From the NCBI GenBank assembly GCA_943368345.1, contig CALRKY020000011.1, positions 14,251 through 78,250 on the forward strand: a stretch of DNA of 64,000 nucleotides. The letters run 5' to 3'. Each line of letters begins with the position of its first letter. Position 1 is the stretch's first letter. Positions 1-10,023 of the stretch are shown here, piece after piece. Under the pieces are notes generated by a model. That model was not told where the DNA came from. It ran no database searches and saw only the letters and a program-made list of their open reading frames with translations. The translations under genes were made by a program, and so were the position numbers. The stretch comes from Synechococcus sp. UW140. Its GTDB lineage: Bacteria; Pseudomonadota; Alphaproteobacteria; Sphingomonadales; Sphingomonadaceae.

Positions 1-620
1 TCGCCCCCCGGGTCGGGGCGGGTGAGGCCCCCTTCCGGATGGTCAAGCTGCGGTCAATGGTGATCAACGCCGACAAGTCCGGGGTGGATTCGACCGGGGC
101 AAATGACAATCGCATTACCGCTGTCGGACGATTTGTCCGACGCTATAAACTCGACGAAGTTTCACAGCTTTGGAACGTCCTGAGAGGTGATATGAGTCTG
201 GTTGGGCCGCGCCCGAATGTGAAGCGGGAAACCGATCTTTACACCCAGGTGGAAAAGCGGCTGTTGACTGTGCGTCCGGGCATTACGGACATCGCCTCGA
301 TCGTCTTTTCGGACGAAGGGGATATTCTTGCCGATAAGGCAGATCCTGATCTGGCCTACAACCAGCTTATCCGGCCCTATAAGAGCCAACTGGGCCTGAT
401 CTACATAGACAACCGCTCTATCCTTTTGGACCTGCGTCTGATCTGGTTGACCGCCATCGCAATCCTGTCCCGAGAGTCGGCCCTGCGCAGTGTTGCCGTC
501 GTACTTGAAGACCTAGGTGTGGCGACAGACCTTCGCCGCGTCGCAGCACGGCAAGAGCCCTTGCAGCCAGCCCCACCACCGGGGGCCAGCGAAGTGGTAA
601 CGAGCCGCACGGGCGGGTAG
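1..620 (+). CDS. Polyprenyl-phosphate sugar-phosphate transferase (bacterial sugar transferase family), 5' end outside window
   Basis: The frame is open to the window edge (..GEAPFRMVKLRSM..). Family hallmarks KLRSM, DEVSQLWNVLRGDMSLVGPRP and RPGITD are present. Stop at 618-620. Confidence 0.85.
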   Translation, partial: APRVGAGEAPFRMVKLRSMVINADKSGVDSTGANDNRITAVGRFVRRYKLDEVSQLWNVLRGDMSLVGPRPNVKRETDLYTQVEKRLLTVRPGITDIASIVFSDEGDILADKADPDLAYNQLIRPYKSQLGLIYIDNRSILLDLRLIWLTAIAILSRESALRSVAVVLEDLGVATDLRRVAARQEPLQPAPPPGASEVVTSRTGG

Positions 621-634
621 CCACACTTCACAGC

Positions 635-1756
635 TTACTGCGCTAGCTCCTCGTAAAATTTGAGTAGCTTCGTAGATTCTTGGCCCCAGTTATAGGTTGA
701 TTCGACCGCTCGCCGACCTGCTTTGCCTAATTCAGCAGAGCTTGGATCATCCAATACTCGCTTGATGGCAGAAGCTATGTCAGCGATTGAGGTCGGATCA
801 ACACAATAACCGCATCCAGCATCCTCGACGATCCCGCGCCAAAGCGGAAAATCCGAAGCAATGATGGGTAAGCTGGCAGCCATGTATTCAAACATTTTCA
901 CCGGCAACGAATCGAGAAAATTGACCATCGGAAGCAATGTCACCATCCCGCAGCGCGATTCAGACATAGCTGCCCGGACCCCAGCGCGATCAACCGATCC
1001 ACGATAGTCCACTTGCCCCCAACCAGGAAGTGCACGAAGTTCGTGACCAAAGCTCTCCGGCGCAATAGGCCCACAAAGTATAAGGCGGCAATCTGGTACT
1101 TGTGGTAACGCCTGGATAATTTCCCTTATGCCACGCACTTCATTTATACCGCCGATATAACAGATATTCCGACAATCTGCACCAGCAGCGTCGATATCTG
1201 AATATTCAAATTCAGACAGCAACGGGAAATTATTCACATTGATGCTGAGCGCATTCTGACGAGAGAACCTAGCTGTTATTAACGGCGTTGCTGAAATGAT
1301 TCCACTTAGCTTCCTCGCAATATGATCTTCATAAATTTCCCAAAAAAACGCGACCAGACGTCTCAACGACGATGGAATCCAGTATTTCGTCATGATTTGT
1401 CGAGGAACATCTTCATGGGAATCATAGACAAACTTGATCCCACGGCGCAGCAAGGGACCGGCGATCGTCAGTAACTCCGGATCATGCACGTGGACAACAT
1501 CCGGTTCAAGTGCCAGAATGGCCGCTAGGGCACGCCTTGGTCGTGTTAACAACCGAATGATCCGACTGCTTCCGGTATTGCCGCCGATGTCAATCAAAGG
1601 GACAGCGCCGACACGCTCATTACCTAAGCTGTCAGCTACAATTAGGGTCACATTGTACCCAGTGGCTTTTAGGGTTGCACATTCTTTGTGCAAAATACGG
1701 ACATCATATCGTGGATGTACAGTCGTGACTTGAACAATATTTTTCAGCAGTGACAT
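635..1756 (-). CDS. Glycosyltransferase, GT4-like (GT-B fold)
   Basis: 373-aa ORF with a GT4-type C-terminal region (VKMFEYMAASLPIIASDFPLWRGIVED). Its ATG overlaps the upstream gene's stop (TGATG at 1754-1758). The DNA is visibly AT-richer than the rest of the window. Confidence 0.8.
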   Translation of the reverse strand: MSLLKNIVQVTTVHPRYDVRILHKECATLKATGYNVTLIVADSLGNERVGAVPLIDIGGNTGSSRIIRLLTRPRRALAAILALEPDVVHVHDPELLTIAGPLLRRGIKFVYDSHEDVPRQIMTKYWIPSSLRRLVAFFWEIYEDHIARKLSGIISATPLITARFSRQNALSINVNNFPLLSEFEYSDIDAAGADCRNICYIGGINEVRGIREIIQALPQVPDCRLILCGPIAPESFGHELRALPGWGQVDYRGSVDRAGVRAAMSESRCGMVTLLPMVNFLDSLPVKMFEYMAASLPIIASDFPLWRGIVEDAGCGYCVDPTSIADIASAIKRVLDDPSSAELGKAGRRAVESTYNWGQESTKLLKFYEELAQ

Positions 1757-2892
1757 CAGGAATATGCCTCTACTTTGTGACCTAATAGTCGCTCAACTAT
1801 TCGCTGACAAAGCTTGAGTAATGCTCTGCGACTATTCCAGTTTGGATAATCTGTACAATGTTTATTATCAGCAGTCATGTAGTCATCAAATTGCTTCCTG
1901 CTTATGCGTAATTTCTTTGTAAAAAAAGCAATATCTACTTCCAATTCCTGCGGATCGTATAGTGGTTCGACAAGCTTGCTCAGTGCCCACTCGCGTGTGG
2001 CCTGCCCTGATACGATTAAGCTGGAATAATGCGGGCGACGTTTATCAAATCCGAATTTTACGGGCAGATAATAATTCTGGAATAATTTGGTGAATAAAGA
2101 TTCACCATGTTTGCGCTCATATGGTCGCCAACCTGTTAGTTTTACCATCTCCTCGATGGCCATATCTTTATTATAGTCTAAAAAATTTAATGGCCTTACA
2201 ACATTAAGCTTGTCTATGAATGGAAACTTCAGATAATATTCAAAAAATGACACCGTTTTGTAATCAGCAAGTGGTTTTTTCCCAAATAATTTGTGTATCC
2301 CACGGATCGAAATGCCATCCATATTGGGCCCCTGCCATGACAAGGGTAGAATGCTTTCGGTGGCAATATTCCCACCGCTCATGACGTAGTGAATATCATT
2401 TTCCACAGCGAATTTGTATAGTGACGCTGCAAAAGCATGATCTTGCGGTATGTCCTGGTTCGCAACACCTGATTGGAGGTATGCGACGTGCAGGTCGCGC
2501 ATTTCCTCCCAATTCATCACGCGTGTGTGCAGGTCATAGTTACAGAATTTTACGATACGTTCGACATTGGCAACCGCCAGTTCGGAGTTCCATCCGGCGT
2601 CAACGTGCATGACTAGCGGTCGCAGCCCCCATTCCTTGGCCTTAATTGCAAGATAGGAACTGTCCACGCCGCCGCTGAGGCCAAGGATGCAATCATATTC
2701 CTTACCTTGACCGGAACGCTTAATCTGGGCGATCAGCTGCTCGAGCCGCCGCTGACCCTCGGCATTGGGAAACCACTGCTTGCTGGTAACTTCATCAAAC
2801 TCGCGGCAATGGCTGCAGATTCCAGCTTCGTCGAACTTGATCTCGGGATCGGATGTATCCATGACGCAACGGGTACAAATCTGATATTGCAT
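1756..2892 (-). CDS. wbpG: N-acetyl-sugar amidotransferase (WbpG/PseA-like PP-loop enzyme)
   Basis: N-terminal Cys4 ribbon (CTRCVMDTS...ICSHC) followed by the PP-loop GLSGGVDSS. It sits adjacent to hisF/hisH paralogues, as in the P. aeruginosa O5 wbp cluster. Confidence 0.8.
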   Translation of the reverse strand: MQYQICTRCVMDTSDPEIKFDEAGICSHCREFDEVTSKQWFPNAEGQRRLEQLIAQIKRSGQGKEYDCILGLSGGVDSSYLAIKAKEWGLRPLVMHVDAGWNSELAVANVERIVKFCNYDLHTRVMNWEEMRDLHVAYLQSGVANQDIPQDHAFAASLYKFAVENDIHYVMSGGNIATESILPLSWQGPNMDGISIRGIHKLFGKKPLADYKTVSFFEYYLKFPFIDKLNVVRPLNFLDYNKDMAIEEMVKLTGWRPYERKHGESLFTKLFQNYYLPVKFGFDKRRPHYSSLIVSGQATREWALSKLVEPLYDPQELEVDIAFFTKKLRISRKQFDDYMTADNKHCTDYPNWNSRRALLKLCQRIVERLLGHKVEAYS

Positions 2893-2988
2893 GATTCAGC
2901 CTGTTTTCGAGAGCGCTATGGCCCGGCAAGGGGCAATTCATAAGGGGGATTGCGGTGCGCCACAATGAGACAGTATCTAGGGCAAAAT

Positions 2989-3750
2989 TCAGCCAGACGC
3001 CAGCGCATCAAGCTGGTGTTGATCGGGGTAGCTGATCAACACGGCGCGGTGGCGACCATGAAAGACGAACATACTGCCCGCCGAAACTGCAGACGCCCCA
3101 GCAGCCAATGCCTCCGCAAGGTGGGCTTGTGTTCCTGCCCCACCAATTGCCACCAATGGCACGGTGCAGTCCGCCGCGACCTGTCGGATCAACTCCAGGT
3201 CATAACCGGCCATTGTGCCGTCACGATCAATGCTGTTAACCAAAATTTCGCCAGCGCCTGCTGCTGCCACTGCCCGCACATGCTCGTTCAAGCTGGCCTT
3301 AAGCTCGACAGCGCCCGATCTGGTGTAGACGCGGTAGCCGCCCAGGAGTTTTTTGCGAACATCAATTCCGGCAACGATGGCCTGACTGCCAAAAACAGCG
3401 GCCGCCTCTGAGATCAACCGGGTAGATTGACCTGCGGCGGTGTTGATGATGACCTTTTCAACACCTGATCTGATAACGCCGCGAACCTGCTCGAGTGTGG
3501 TCACGCCCCCGCCGTAACCAAGTGGCATGAAACATTCACCGGCGATCTCGGCGATCAGCTCATAGTCCGGTCCGCGTCCGTCTCGCGATGCATCGATATC
3601 GAGGATGACCAGCTCATCCACCTCCTTGTCGTTAAAAATCCGGACGGCATTGACGGGGTCACCGATGTAGACCGGAGCCTTGAATTTGACGGTCTTCACA
3701 AGGCCGCGGTCTCGCAGCAACAGCGCCGGAATGATACGTGGCCTGATCAT
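2989..3750 (-). CDS. hisF: HisF-like cyclase/ammonia-channel subunit, glycan-cluster paralogue of imidazole glycerol phosphate synthase
   Basis: HisF TIM-barrel motifs are present: DELVILDIDAS, GYGGGV, VNSIDRDGTMAGYDLEL, VAIGGAG. There is a 1-nt overlap with the hisH-like gene. Confidence 0.85.
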   Translation of the reverse strand: MIRPRIIPALLLRDRGLVKTVKFKAPVYIGDPVNAVRIFNDKEVDELVILDIDASRDGRGPDYELIAEIAGECFMPLGYGGGVTTLEQVRGVIRSGVEKVIINTAAGQSTRLISEAAAVFGSQAIVAGIDVRKKLLGGYRVYTRSGAVELKASLNEHVRAVAAAGAGEILVNSIDRDGTMAGYDLELIRQVAADCTVPLVAIGGAGTQAHLAEALAAGASAVSAGSMFVFHGRHRAVLISYPDQHQLDALASG

Positions 3751-4361
3751 CAGAAGGCTGTCGCAAATCTGCCAAGGAGATGGAGACCAAATTTATGGCT
3801 CTTTTCCGGGTGAAACTGCAGGCCGGCAATATGCCCCCGACCGACTGCGGCCGCAATCGGAAGCCCGTAGGTCGTTTCGAGCAGTACATCCTCGGGGTTG
3901 ATGGGTTCCATGAAAAAGCTGTGCACAAAATAAAATCGGGCGTCGGGGCGCATACCTTCGAGCAGGATGTGGTTCGGTTGGCGCGGCACAACCGAATTCC
4001 AACCCATTTGCGGAACCCGTAGTCCAAGCTCCGCCGGAAAGCGTTTCACCTGCATCGGGAGCCATCCGAGCCCAAGTTCGACACCCTCCTCGCTGCCATT
4101 ACCTAACATCTGTGCGCCGACGCAAATCCCCAGCAGCGGAACATGGTCGCCAAGAACTCTTTGCTCCAAAAGAGGCACAAGACCTGAGGCGCGAAGGCCT
4201 CGCATACATGAATCGAATGCCCCGTTTCCGGGCAGGACGATCTTGTCTGCCTTCGCAACCACCTCAGGATCTGCGGTAATGATGGCATGGGCACCAATCC
4301 GGCCCAGCATATTGGAAACCGCGCCCAGGTTGCCGATGTCATAGTCGATAATTGCAATCAC
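3750..4361 (-). CDS. hisH: HisH-like class-I glutamine amidotransferase subunit (glycan-cluster paralogue)
   Basis: IAIIDYDIGNLGAV, catalytic-Cys motif LGICVGAQML, YFVHSF and LQFHPEKS are present. There is a 4-nt overlap with the upstream flippase-like gene. Confidence 0.85.
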   Translation of the reverse strand: MIAIIDYDIGNLGAVSNMLGRIGAHAIITADPEVVAKADKIVLPGNGAFDSCMRGLRASGLVPLLEQRVLGDHVPLLGICVGAQMLGNGSEEGVELGLGWLPMQVKRFPAELGLRVPQMGWNSVVPRQPNHILLEGMRPDARFYFVHSFFMEPINPEDVLLETTYGLPIAAAVGRGHIAGLQFHPEKSHKFGLHLLGRFATAF

Positions 4362-5599
4362 GGCTTTGCTCCGGCACTCGCACGGTAAGAGAGAACAAGA
4401 TACACGACGTAGAGCAAACCATAGCCGATTGCATAGGCTCGGATGGCGGCTTCTGCTGTCGCTGAGACGTGAAAACTAGCCAGCACAACGGCGAGCAAAG
4501 AAAGCTGCCATGCCAAATCTATGTGCTGCCGATCGGCGATATAAAGAACATAACTGAGCGGGCTTGCAACAAACCGCAGTGCAAACAACGGCAGCACCCA
4601 AATGGCAATATCACCTGCGGGTCGCCATTTTTCGCCGAAGGCAGCTGCAAACAACCAGCCAGAGCTCAGCATGACAGCACATGAGAATGCAGCTGCCCCC
4701 AGTCCAAGAATGATGGCTGTTTCAGTATATTCGGCTCGGCACTCGCCACGCTGTCGCCATGCTGCTGCGGCGCGCCGTTTGAACACATCAAGAACCGCAT
4801 TGGCCAACAGTGAGATCGGGGCACCAAGGACACGAAAGGTCAATGCAAGATATCCTGCCAGATCGGGGCCGAACCGACTGGTCAGAAGAATCACTGGCAA
4901 TTGGACCGACGCCGCGTTCGTTGCATCGGCGGGTAGGGAGATCAGGGGAAATCGACGATACTGCTGCCAAAAAGCAAACAGTTCCTTGGGTTTGGATGCA
5001 TGGAGCAGGCCTGATCCTAGGTTGGTCGACGACACCGAAACCGCCACTGCCAGCCCGATCAGCAGGCCAGCAAGATTGCACAACGCCAGTGTGCTCGCAG
5101 TTGGATCGTAGAGCCCGCCACCGATCTGGAGGAGCGTAATGCTTCCAGCCTGGGTTATGCGCATGATATTCAGGCTACGATAGTTGCCGTCGGCCGCTGC
5201 CAGTGACTGAAAAACCTGACTGCCTGCCAAGAGCGCAGCTCCAAGAACGAATGGCGCCGATATTTCGCGCAGCCAAATCGATGAAAACCAGCCAAATGGA
5301 CGTATGCCATACCAGGCTATCGCCAGGGCAAGGCTTGCAATGATGATCGTTACCAGAGTGGCGCACGCCGCATGGTGTCGTGGTGCCCCATCACCAACAA
5401 TTGCCAACATGACCTCGAACCGTCCGGTTACGATCACGGAAAGGATGGTTACCAGGCCGAGCCAGGCAGCGAACAAACCAAATTGATCTGGTAGAAACAG
5501 CCGTGCGAGAATCAATGCGCCCAGAATCGGTATAGCCTGAGCGACGCTTGCTCCCCCGAGAACAATCGCGATGCTGCGCCAGAAGTTGCGACTCTCCAC
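4358..5599 (-). CDS. Polysaccharide/O-unit flippase-like polytopic membrane protein (Wzx/MOP-type)
   Basis: 413 aa, hydrophobic throughout with many predicted TM spans and no soluble domain. It is embedded in the glycan operon. The family call rests on composition and context only. Confidence 0.55.
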   Translation of the reverse strand: MESRNFWRSIAIVLGGASVAQAIPILGALILARLFLPDQFGLFAAWLGLVTILSVIVTGRFEVMLAIVGDGAPRHHAACATLVTIIIASLALAIAWYGIRPFGWFSSIWLREISAPFVLGAALLAGSQVFQSLAAADGNYRSLNIMRITQAGSITLLQIGGGLYDPTASTLALCNLAGLLIGLAVAVSVSSTNLGSGLLHASKPKELFAFWQQYRRFPLISLPADATNAASVQLPVILLTSRFGPDLAGYLALTFRVLGAPISLLANAVLDVFKRRAAAAWRQRGECRAEYTETAIILGLGAAAFSCAVMLSSGWLFAAAFGEKWRPAGDIAIWVLPLFALRFVASPLSYVLYIADRQHIDLAWQLSLLAVVLASFHVSATAEAAIRAYAIGYGLLYVVYLVLSYRASAGAKP

Positions 5600-5609
5600 T
5601 TCCGCGGGC

Positions 5610-6728
5610 TCAGCTCGCGACGCTTAGCCGAACTGTGGCCTCCGAAAGCGCATTTATGACTGCGCGTTGATCCTCAGCTGTCAAATCCGCGCTCATTGGC
5701 AGGCTGATCACGCGACTGGCCACTGCGTCACTATGTGGAAAACTCGCGCCCTTGCCATAGACTGCGTAGGCTGGTTGCTGATTAAGTGGCTTGGGATAAT
5801 GAATCGCCGTCGGTACCCCCCGCCCGGTCAGCAGCGCCTGGACCGATGGGCGATCCTCAACCTGAATGGTATATTGGCCCCACACGCAATCGCGATCGGT
5901 GCGGACCGCGATCAGCTCAACTGGCAGGCCGGACTGCCGGATCAATTCACCATAAATGGCGCCCTTCGCTTTGCGCTGCTCGATTTCCCATTCGAAACGC
6001 TCGAATTTAGCGAGTACAATCGCGCACTGAAGCGTGTCCATCCGGCCGCCGACACCGATCCGTGTATGATTGTAGCGGCTGCTTTGGCCATGAACCCGAA
6101 TTTCCCGCGCCGCTTGCGCAAAATTCGGGTCGTTGGTGAACAACGCCCCGCCATCTCCATAGCAACCGAGCGGCTTGGATGGGAAAAAGCTTGTGCAGCC
6201 AAATGTCGAAAGATTGCAGCTTTTGCTGCCGCGATAGGTCGCGCCGAAACTTTGTGCTGCATCTTCGATCACGGCGATGTTGCCATGCCGGGCCGCAATG
6301 GCATTGATTTCTGCCATATCAGCGACTTGACCATAAAGGCCGACCGGCATGATCGCCTTTGTTCGCGGTGTTATAGCTGCCTCAATCAGGCTGACATCGA
6401 TATTACAGGTGTCTGGTTCCACATCAACGAATACAGGCGTCGCACCGGCCAGAACAATCACTTCTGCCGTTGCTGCGAAGGTGAACGGCGTTGTGATAAC
6501 TTCGTCGCCAGGCCCAATATCAAGCGCCATCAAGGCAATAAGCAATGCCTCGGTCCCACTCGCCACGGTCACACAATGCGCCGCTCCGGTATAGGCAACC
6601 AGCTTGCGCTCCAGTTCACCGACCTCCGGGCCCAATATATATTGGCCATGGTCGAGAACCGCCTGGATTCGACTATCGATCAGCGGTTTCAAGGCCTGAT
6701 ATTGAGCTTTGAGGTCGGTGAACTGCAC
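5610..6728 (-). CDS. wbpE: DegT/DnrJ/EryC1-type PLP sugar aminotransferase (WbpE-like)
   Basis: ILGPEVGELE, DEVITTPFTFAAT and the PLP-lysine motif FFPSKPLGCYGDGGA are present. I place the start at GTG 6728, which has GGAGGA 6 nt upstream and a TAGTG overlap with the upstream stop, rather than the track start 6794. Confidence 0.85.
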   Translation of the reverse strand: MQFTDLKAQYQALKPLIDSRIQAVLDHGQYILGPEVGELERKLVAYTGAAHCVTVASGTEALLIALMALDIGPGDEVITTPFTFAATAEVIVLAGATPVFVDVEPDTCNIDVSLIEAAITPRTKAIMPVGLYGQVADMAEINAIAARHGNIAVIEDAAQSFGATYRGSKSCNLSTFGCTSFFPSKPLGCYGDGGALFTNDPNFAQAAREIRVHGQSSRYNHTRIGVGGRMDTLQCAIVLAKFERFEWEIEQRKAKGAIYGELIRQSGLPVELIAVRTDRDCVWGQYTIQVEDRPSVQALLTGRGVPTAIHYPKPLNQQPAYAVYGKGASFPHSDAVASRVISLPMSADLTAEDQRAVINALSEATVRLSVAS

Positions 6729-7312
6729 TAGATGTCCTCCAGTATCATGACGCGCCCATCCCGAAGACCATATCGGTCTCCTGTATGCGAACATGTCGTC
6801 GTTGCATCTCCCCCGGAAGGGAATTCAAGTTGTTCGCCGAACCGGCTCATCCAGCCAATATGGCGCGCGGGAACACCGGCCACGAGCGCGTAGTCCGGCA
6901 CATCTCGATTGACGACCGCGCCAGCCGCCACAAAGGCAAATTTACCAATCGTTACCCCGCACACGATCGTGGAATTGGCTCCAAGGCTTGCCCCCTTTCG
7001 AACAAGCGTATCGCGATATTCATCCTTGCGGGTAACAGCGGAACGGGGGTTGTAAACATTCGTGAATACCACGCTTGGACCACAGAATACGTCATCTTCG
7101 AGGGTGACATTGTCATAGACTGAAACATTATTCTGGATTTTTACGTTGTTTCCGATGGTTACTTTGTTTCCGACGAACACATTCTGCCCAAGTGAGCATC
7201 CTGATCCGATCACCGCCTCACTGCACACATGCACAAAATGCCAGATGCGTGTCCTGTCACCAATTCGGGCGCCCGGATCGACGATTGCACTGGCGTGAAT
7301 AGTCAAAGTCAT
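6728..7312 (-). CDS. wbpD: Left-handed beta-helix (hexapeptide) sugar N-acetyltransferase (WbpD-like)
   Basis: Consecutive hexapeptide repeats ([42 protein letters not shown]). It sits between WbpB-like and WbpE-like genes. Confidence 0.85.
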   Translation of the reverse strand: MTLTIHASAIVDPGARIGDRTRIWHFVHVCSEAVIGSGCSLGQNVFVGNKVTIGNNVKIQNNVSVYDNVTLEDDVFCGPSVVFTNVYNPRSAVTRKDEYRDTLVRKGASLGANSTIVCGVTIGKFAFVAAGAVVNRDVPDYALVAGVPARHIGWMSRFGEQLEFPSGGDATTTCSHTGDRYGLRDGRVMILEDI

Positions 7313-7319
7313 ATTCTGC

Positions 7320-8357
7320 TCAATAGGTCAGCGGGAGGTTGATCCGGCGTCCATCACGCGCCGATAGGTACATGGCGATAAGAAGTTCGAGCGAGGTTAA
7401 GCCTTCGCGACCATCGGTCTCCGGTTCGGCCTCACCGCGTAACGCGTTGATGGCATTATCGTAATATAGTGGATGCCCATAGCCATAGACCGAACTCGTC
7501 TGGTAATTGGCCTCAGCCAGCGTCTCATCCATGGGATCACTGTCGGCGAAGTCCCAGTTCTGGATCTCGTTGACTGCGACACCGCCGATCCGCACCGAAC
7601 CCGTCTCGCCAAGGATGGTGATCGAACCTTCAAGGTTCTTCGGATAGGTCAGCATGGTCACGTTGATGGTGCCCATGGCACCGTTCCGCCACTTCAGCGC
7701 GGCCACGCCGGTATCTTCGACTTCTATGTTTCGCGCCAGCGTTCCAGTGTAAGCCATGACGCTCGCAACCGGGCCAACCAACCAGTTCAGCAAGTCCACA
7801 TAGTGACTTGCCTGGTTCATGAAAGCACCGCCGTCATACTCCCAGGTGCCGCGCCAACGCGCGCTGTCGTAATATTCCTGTGGCCGTGTCCAGAATACAT
7901 TGACATTTACCATATATATACGGCCAAAACGTCCCTTGGTTATCGCCTGCTTCAAGAGTTGAAGGGTGCGGTTTTTCCTGTTTTGCTTTACAACAAACAG
8001 GCGCACACCTGCCTGGTCACAGGCGTTGACCATGGCCAGCCCGTCTTGCCAACGCGTGGCCATTGGCTTTTCTGTAATGACATGTAACCCGGACTTCGCA
8101 ACTTCGATCGTTTGTGATGGATGCAAACCCGACGGTGTCGTCAGGACGACACAATCAGCGCTTGTTTCGGCCAGCATATTGGTCAGGGACGAATGGCCTC
8201 TGGCCCCCGTGCGCGCGACCGCGGCCGCCAGCGCGGTTGGGTCTGTATCGCATACATCGGTGATCTCGCAGCGATCAGAATGCGTTTCCATGGCACCGAA
8301 ATGATTGGCAGAAATGCGTCCACAACCGACGACGGCAAAACGCACTTTTCGATCCAT
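7320..8357 (-). CDS. wbpB: Gfo/Idh/MocA-family NAD-dependent sugar oxidoreductase (WbpB-like)
   Basis: N-terminal Rossmann motif [14 protein letters not shown] and typical family length. The start could be ATG 8357 (MDRKVRF..) or ATG 8378. I prefer 8357 because of the usual short N-terminus. Confidence 0.8.
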   Translation of the reverse strand: MDRKVRFAVVGCGRISANHFGAMETHSDRCEITDVCDTDPTALAAAVARTGARGHSSLTNMLAETSADCVVLTTPSGLHPSQTIEVAKSGLHVITEKPMATRWQDGLAMVNACDQAGVRLFVVKQNRKNRTLQLLKQAITKGRFGRIYMVNVNVFWTRPQEYYDSARWRGTWEYDGGAFMNQASHYVDLLNWLVGPVASVMAYTGTLARNIEVEDTGVAALKWRNGAMGTINVTMLTYPKNLEGSITILGETGSVRIGGVAVNEIQNWDFADSDPMDETLAEANYQTSSVYGYGHPLYYDNAINALRGEAEPETDGREGLTSLELLIAMYLSARDGRRINLPLTY

Positions 8358-8587
8358 AACCACTCTGCAACGGTTCATTATGGTGCCCAGTCAAAAAATT
8401 GCAGCCCATCAGCAAATTAGCGTTAGTTCAACGACTTCTGCTGCTCAACAAGCTCAGGGAGCCCCGAGCCACGCCTCGCTTTAGCGGCAAAGCCGACGAA
8501 AGCGCAACATATACAAGCCGCCGGAACGCCTCACTCGCCACGTCCCCAATGGACATGGCTCTCCGACATCACTGGCGCCGTCAGTCA

Positions 8588-9898
8588 CTACCCGCCAGAA
8601 TCAATGGCGTGAGATATAGTGCCAGACCGGGGGCTGCTGCTCTCCGGAGTTGTCCCGCATCCTTGGTTTGCGACTGTTTCGATTAGGTCACTATAGCGGC
8701 CGTAAACGCTTGCCGAACTGAATGCCGTAGCAAAGAGTGCCGATGCTGCGGCGGCCATTTGATGGTGTCGGGGCTGATCGGCCAAGAGAGATGTTAAAGC
8801 CCGGGTGAGGTCCGCAATATTTCCCGCTTCATAATTCAGCCCGACACCATTGTCGCGTACTAGGGTCGCGGCCTCTCCGGGAATTGAGTTCATCAGCGGC
8901 ACGCCATAGCAAAGATATTCGAAGATTTTGTTGGGCATGGCGATCAATGTTCCAGGCCGATAGGAAACGAGGCCGATTTTCGCATGCTCAAGAAGCGCAG
9001 CAATCTCTGCCCCGCCAACCCAGCCTGTGAAAATGATCCTCGGATTGTTGCGCGCCATGTCCCGCCACTCAACATCGCGATCACCGGTCCCGGCAAATAC
9101 GAACTGGACATCGTCTCGATCCATAATGTTCGAAGCATCGATAACCGTGCCAAGATCGACGCTGTTTCCGAATGTGCCGACCGATGCAATGATCGTCTTG
9201 CTCGGATCTACGCCGAGCGCGACCAGTCGGGCCAATGCCCCATTGTCGGACGGAACTGTCGGTGATCGCCCAGGATGCCCGAGCGGGATAACAGCATCAC
9301 AAGGGCCTTTCCCACGCCCTGCATGGGCAAGTCCCCAATCAAGATAAGCCCTTGAAACGCCCACAATGGCTGTCGCGCCGATGGCCGCGCGCTTGCTCAT
9401 GCGGGTGAGTGGCAGGACAAGCATTCGTCCCAAAGCCTGAAGAGCGACCGGGAACCGGGCAACAATCTCGTCAGGCCACAGATCACGCACATCCAGAATA
9501 ACAGGGCAACCAATCTTCCTGCCAAATTTCACAGCAGCATCCGATAACTCAAGTGTTGGCAGTGAGCATATTATCACATCTGGTCGGTCAAATTTGGCCG
9601 ATTTGGCAGTAAAATCACGTGCTATTTGCCAATGATTCATAAATCTTTGCCATGATATATTTTTTTTGTATTCAACACCGTGAATAAACTGCAAATTGTA
9701 AATATTGTCGATGTTGACAATTTCAGACTCAATCGGAAAATGAACTTTTCCGAAATGGTCGAATGTAGAGGTCCACCAGGTAACATTGTGCCCACGAGCA
9801 CTCAGTGTCTGTGCTAGAACCTGGGTTCTCAATGCGCGATTAGCCGAATTGAATTTCGGGAGCGGCTCCCCCACTGTCATCAACCAGATATTCATCAT
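8588..9898 (-). CDS. Glycosyltransferase, GT4-like (WbuB-type)
   Basis: GT-B C-terminal motif (PNKIFEYLCYGVPLMNS) and an N-terminus MMNIWLMTVGEPLP typical of this group. The track ORF extends to 9949, so the start is uncertain (9895/9898/9949). Confidence 0.75.
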   Translation of the reverse strand: MMNIWLMTVGEPLPKFNSANRALRTQVLAQTLSARGHNVTWWTSTFDHFGKVHFPIESEIVNIDNIYNLQFIHGVEYKKNISWQRFMNHWQIARDFTAKSAKFDRPDVIICSLPTLELSDAAVKFGRKIGCPVILDVRDLWPDEIVARFPVALQALGRMLVLPLTRMSKRAAIGATAIVGVSRAYLDWGLAHAGRGKGPCDAVIPLGHPGRSPTVPSDNGALARLVALGVDPSKTIIASVGTFGNSVDLGTVIDASNIMDRDDVQFVFAGTGDRDVEWRDMARNNPRIIFTGWVGGAEIAALLEHAKIGLVSYRPGTLIAMPNKIFEYLCYGVPLMNSIPGEAATLVRDNGVGLNYEAGNIADLTRALTSLLADQPRHHQMAAAASALFATAFSSASVYGRYSDLIETVANQGCGTTPESSSPRSGTISHAIDSGG

Positions 9899-10023
9899 GC
9901 TCACCGAAAATTTGCTGGGTTTGTTAGGTCGTCGGAAAATCCGGGTCAACGGTGTTCCCGGATCGGATCATTGAAGGTGGTCGACTTATGGGACCGGAAT
10001 CCGGGTTGCGCAGTACGATCACA

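Noticed and set aside
8379-8587. AT-richer 210-bp gap within the glycan cluster with a 45-codon minus-strand ORF (ATG 8556)
   Set aside because: The small ORF has no RBS, no recognisable motif and an implausible composition. I could not identify a convincing -35/-10 pair either, so I make no feature call.
8588-8596. GGCGGGTAG on the minus strand, resembling the ops/JUMPstart element (GGCGGTAG) of polysaccharide operons
   Set aside because: It has one extra G relative to the consensus. It is made up of the last codons plus the TAG stop of the GT4 gene (..SGG*). RfaH-type control is not expected from the rest of the context.
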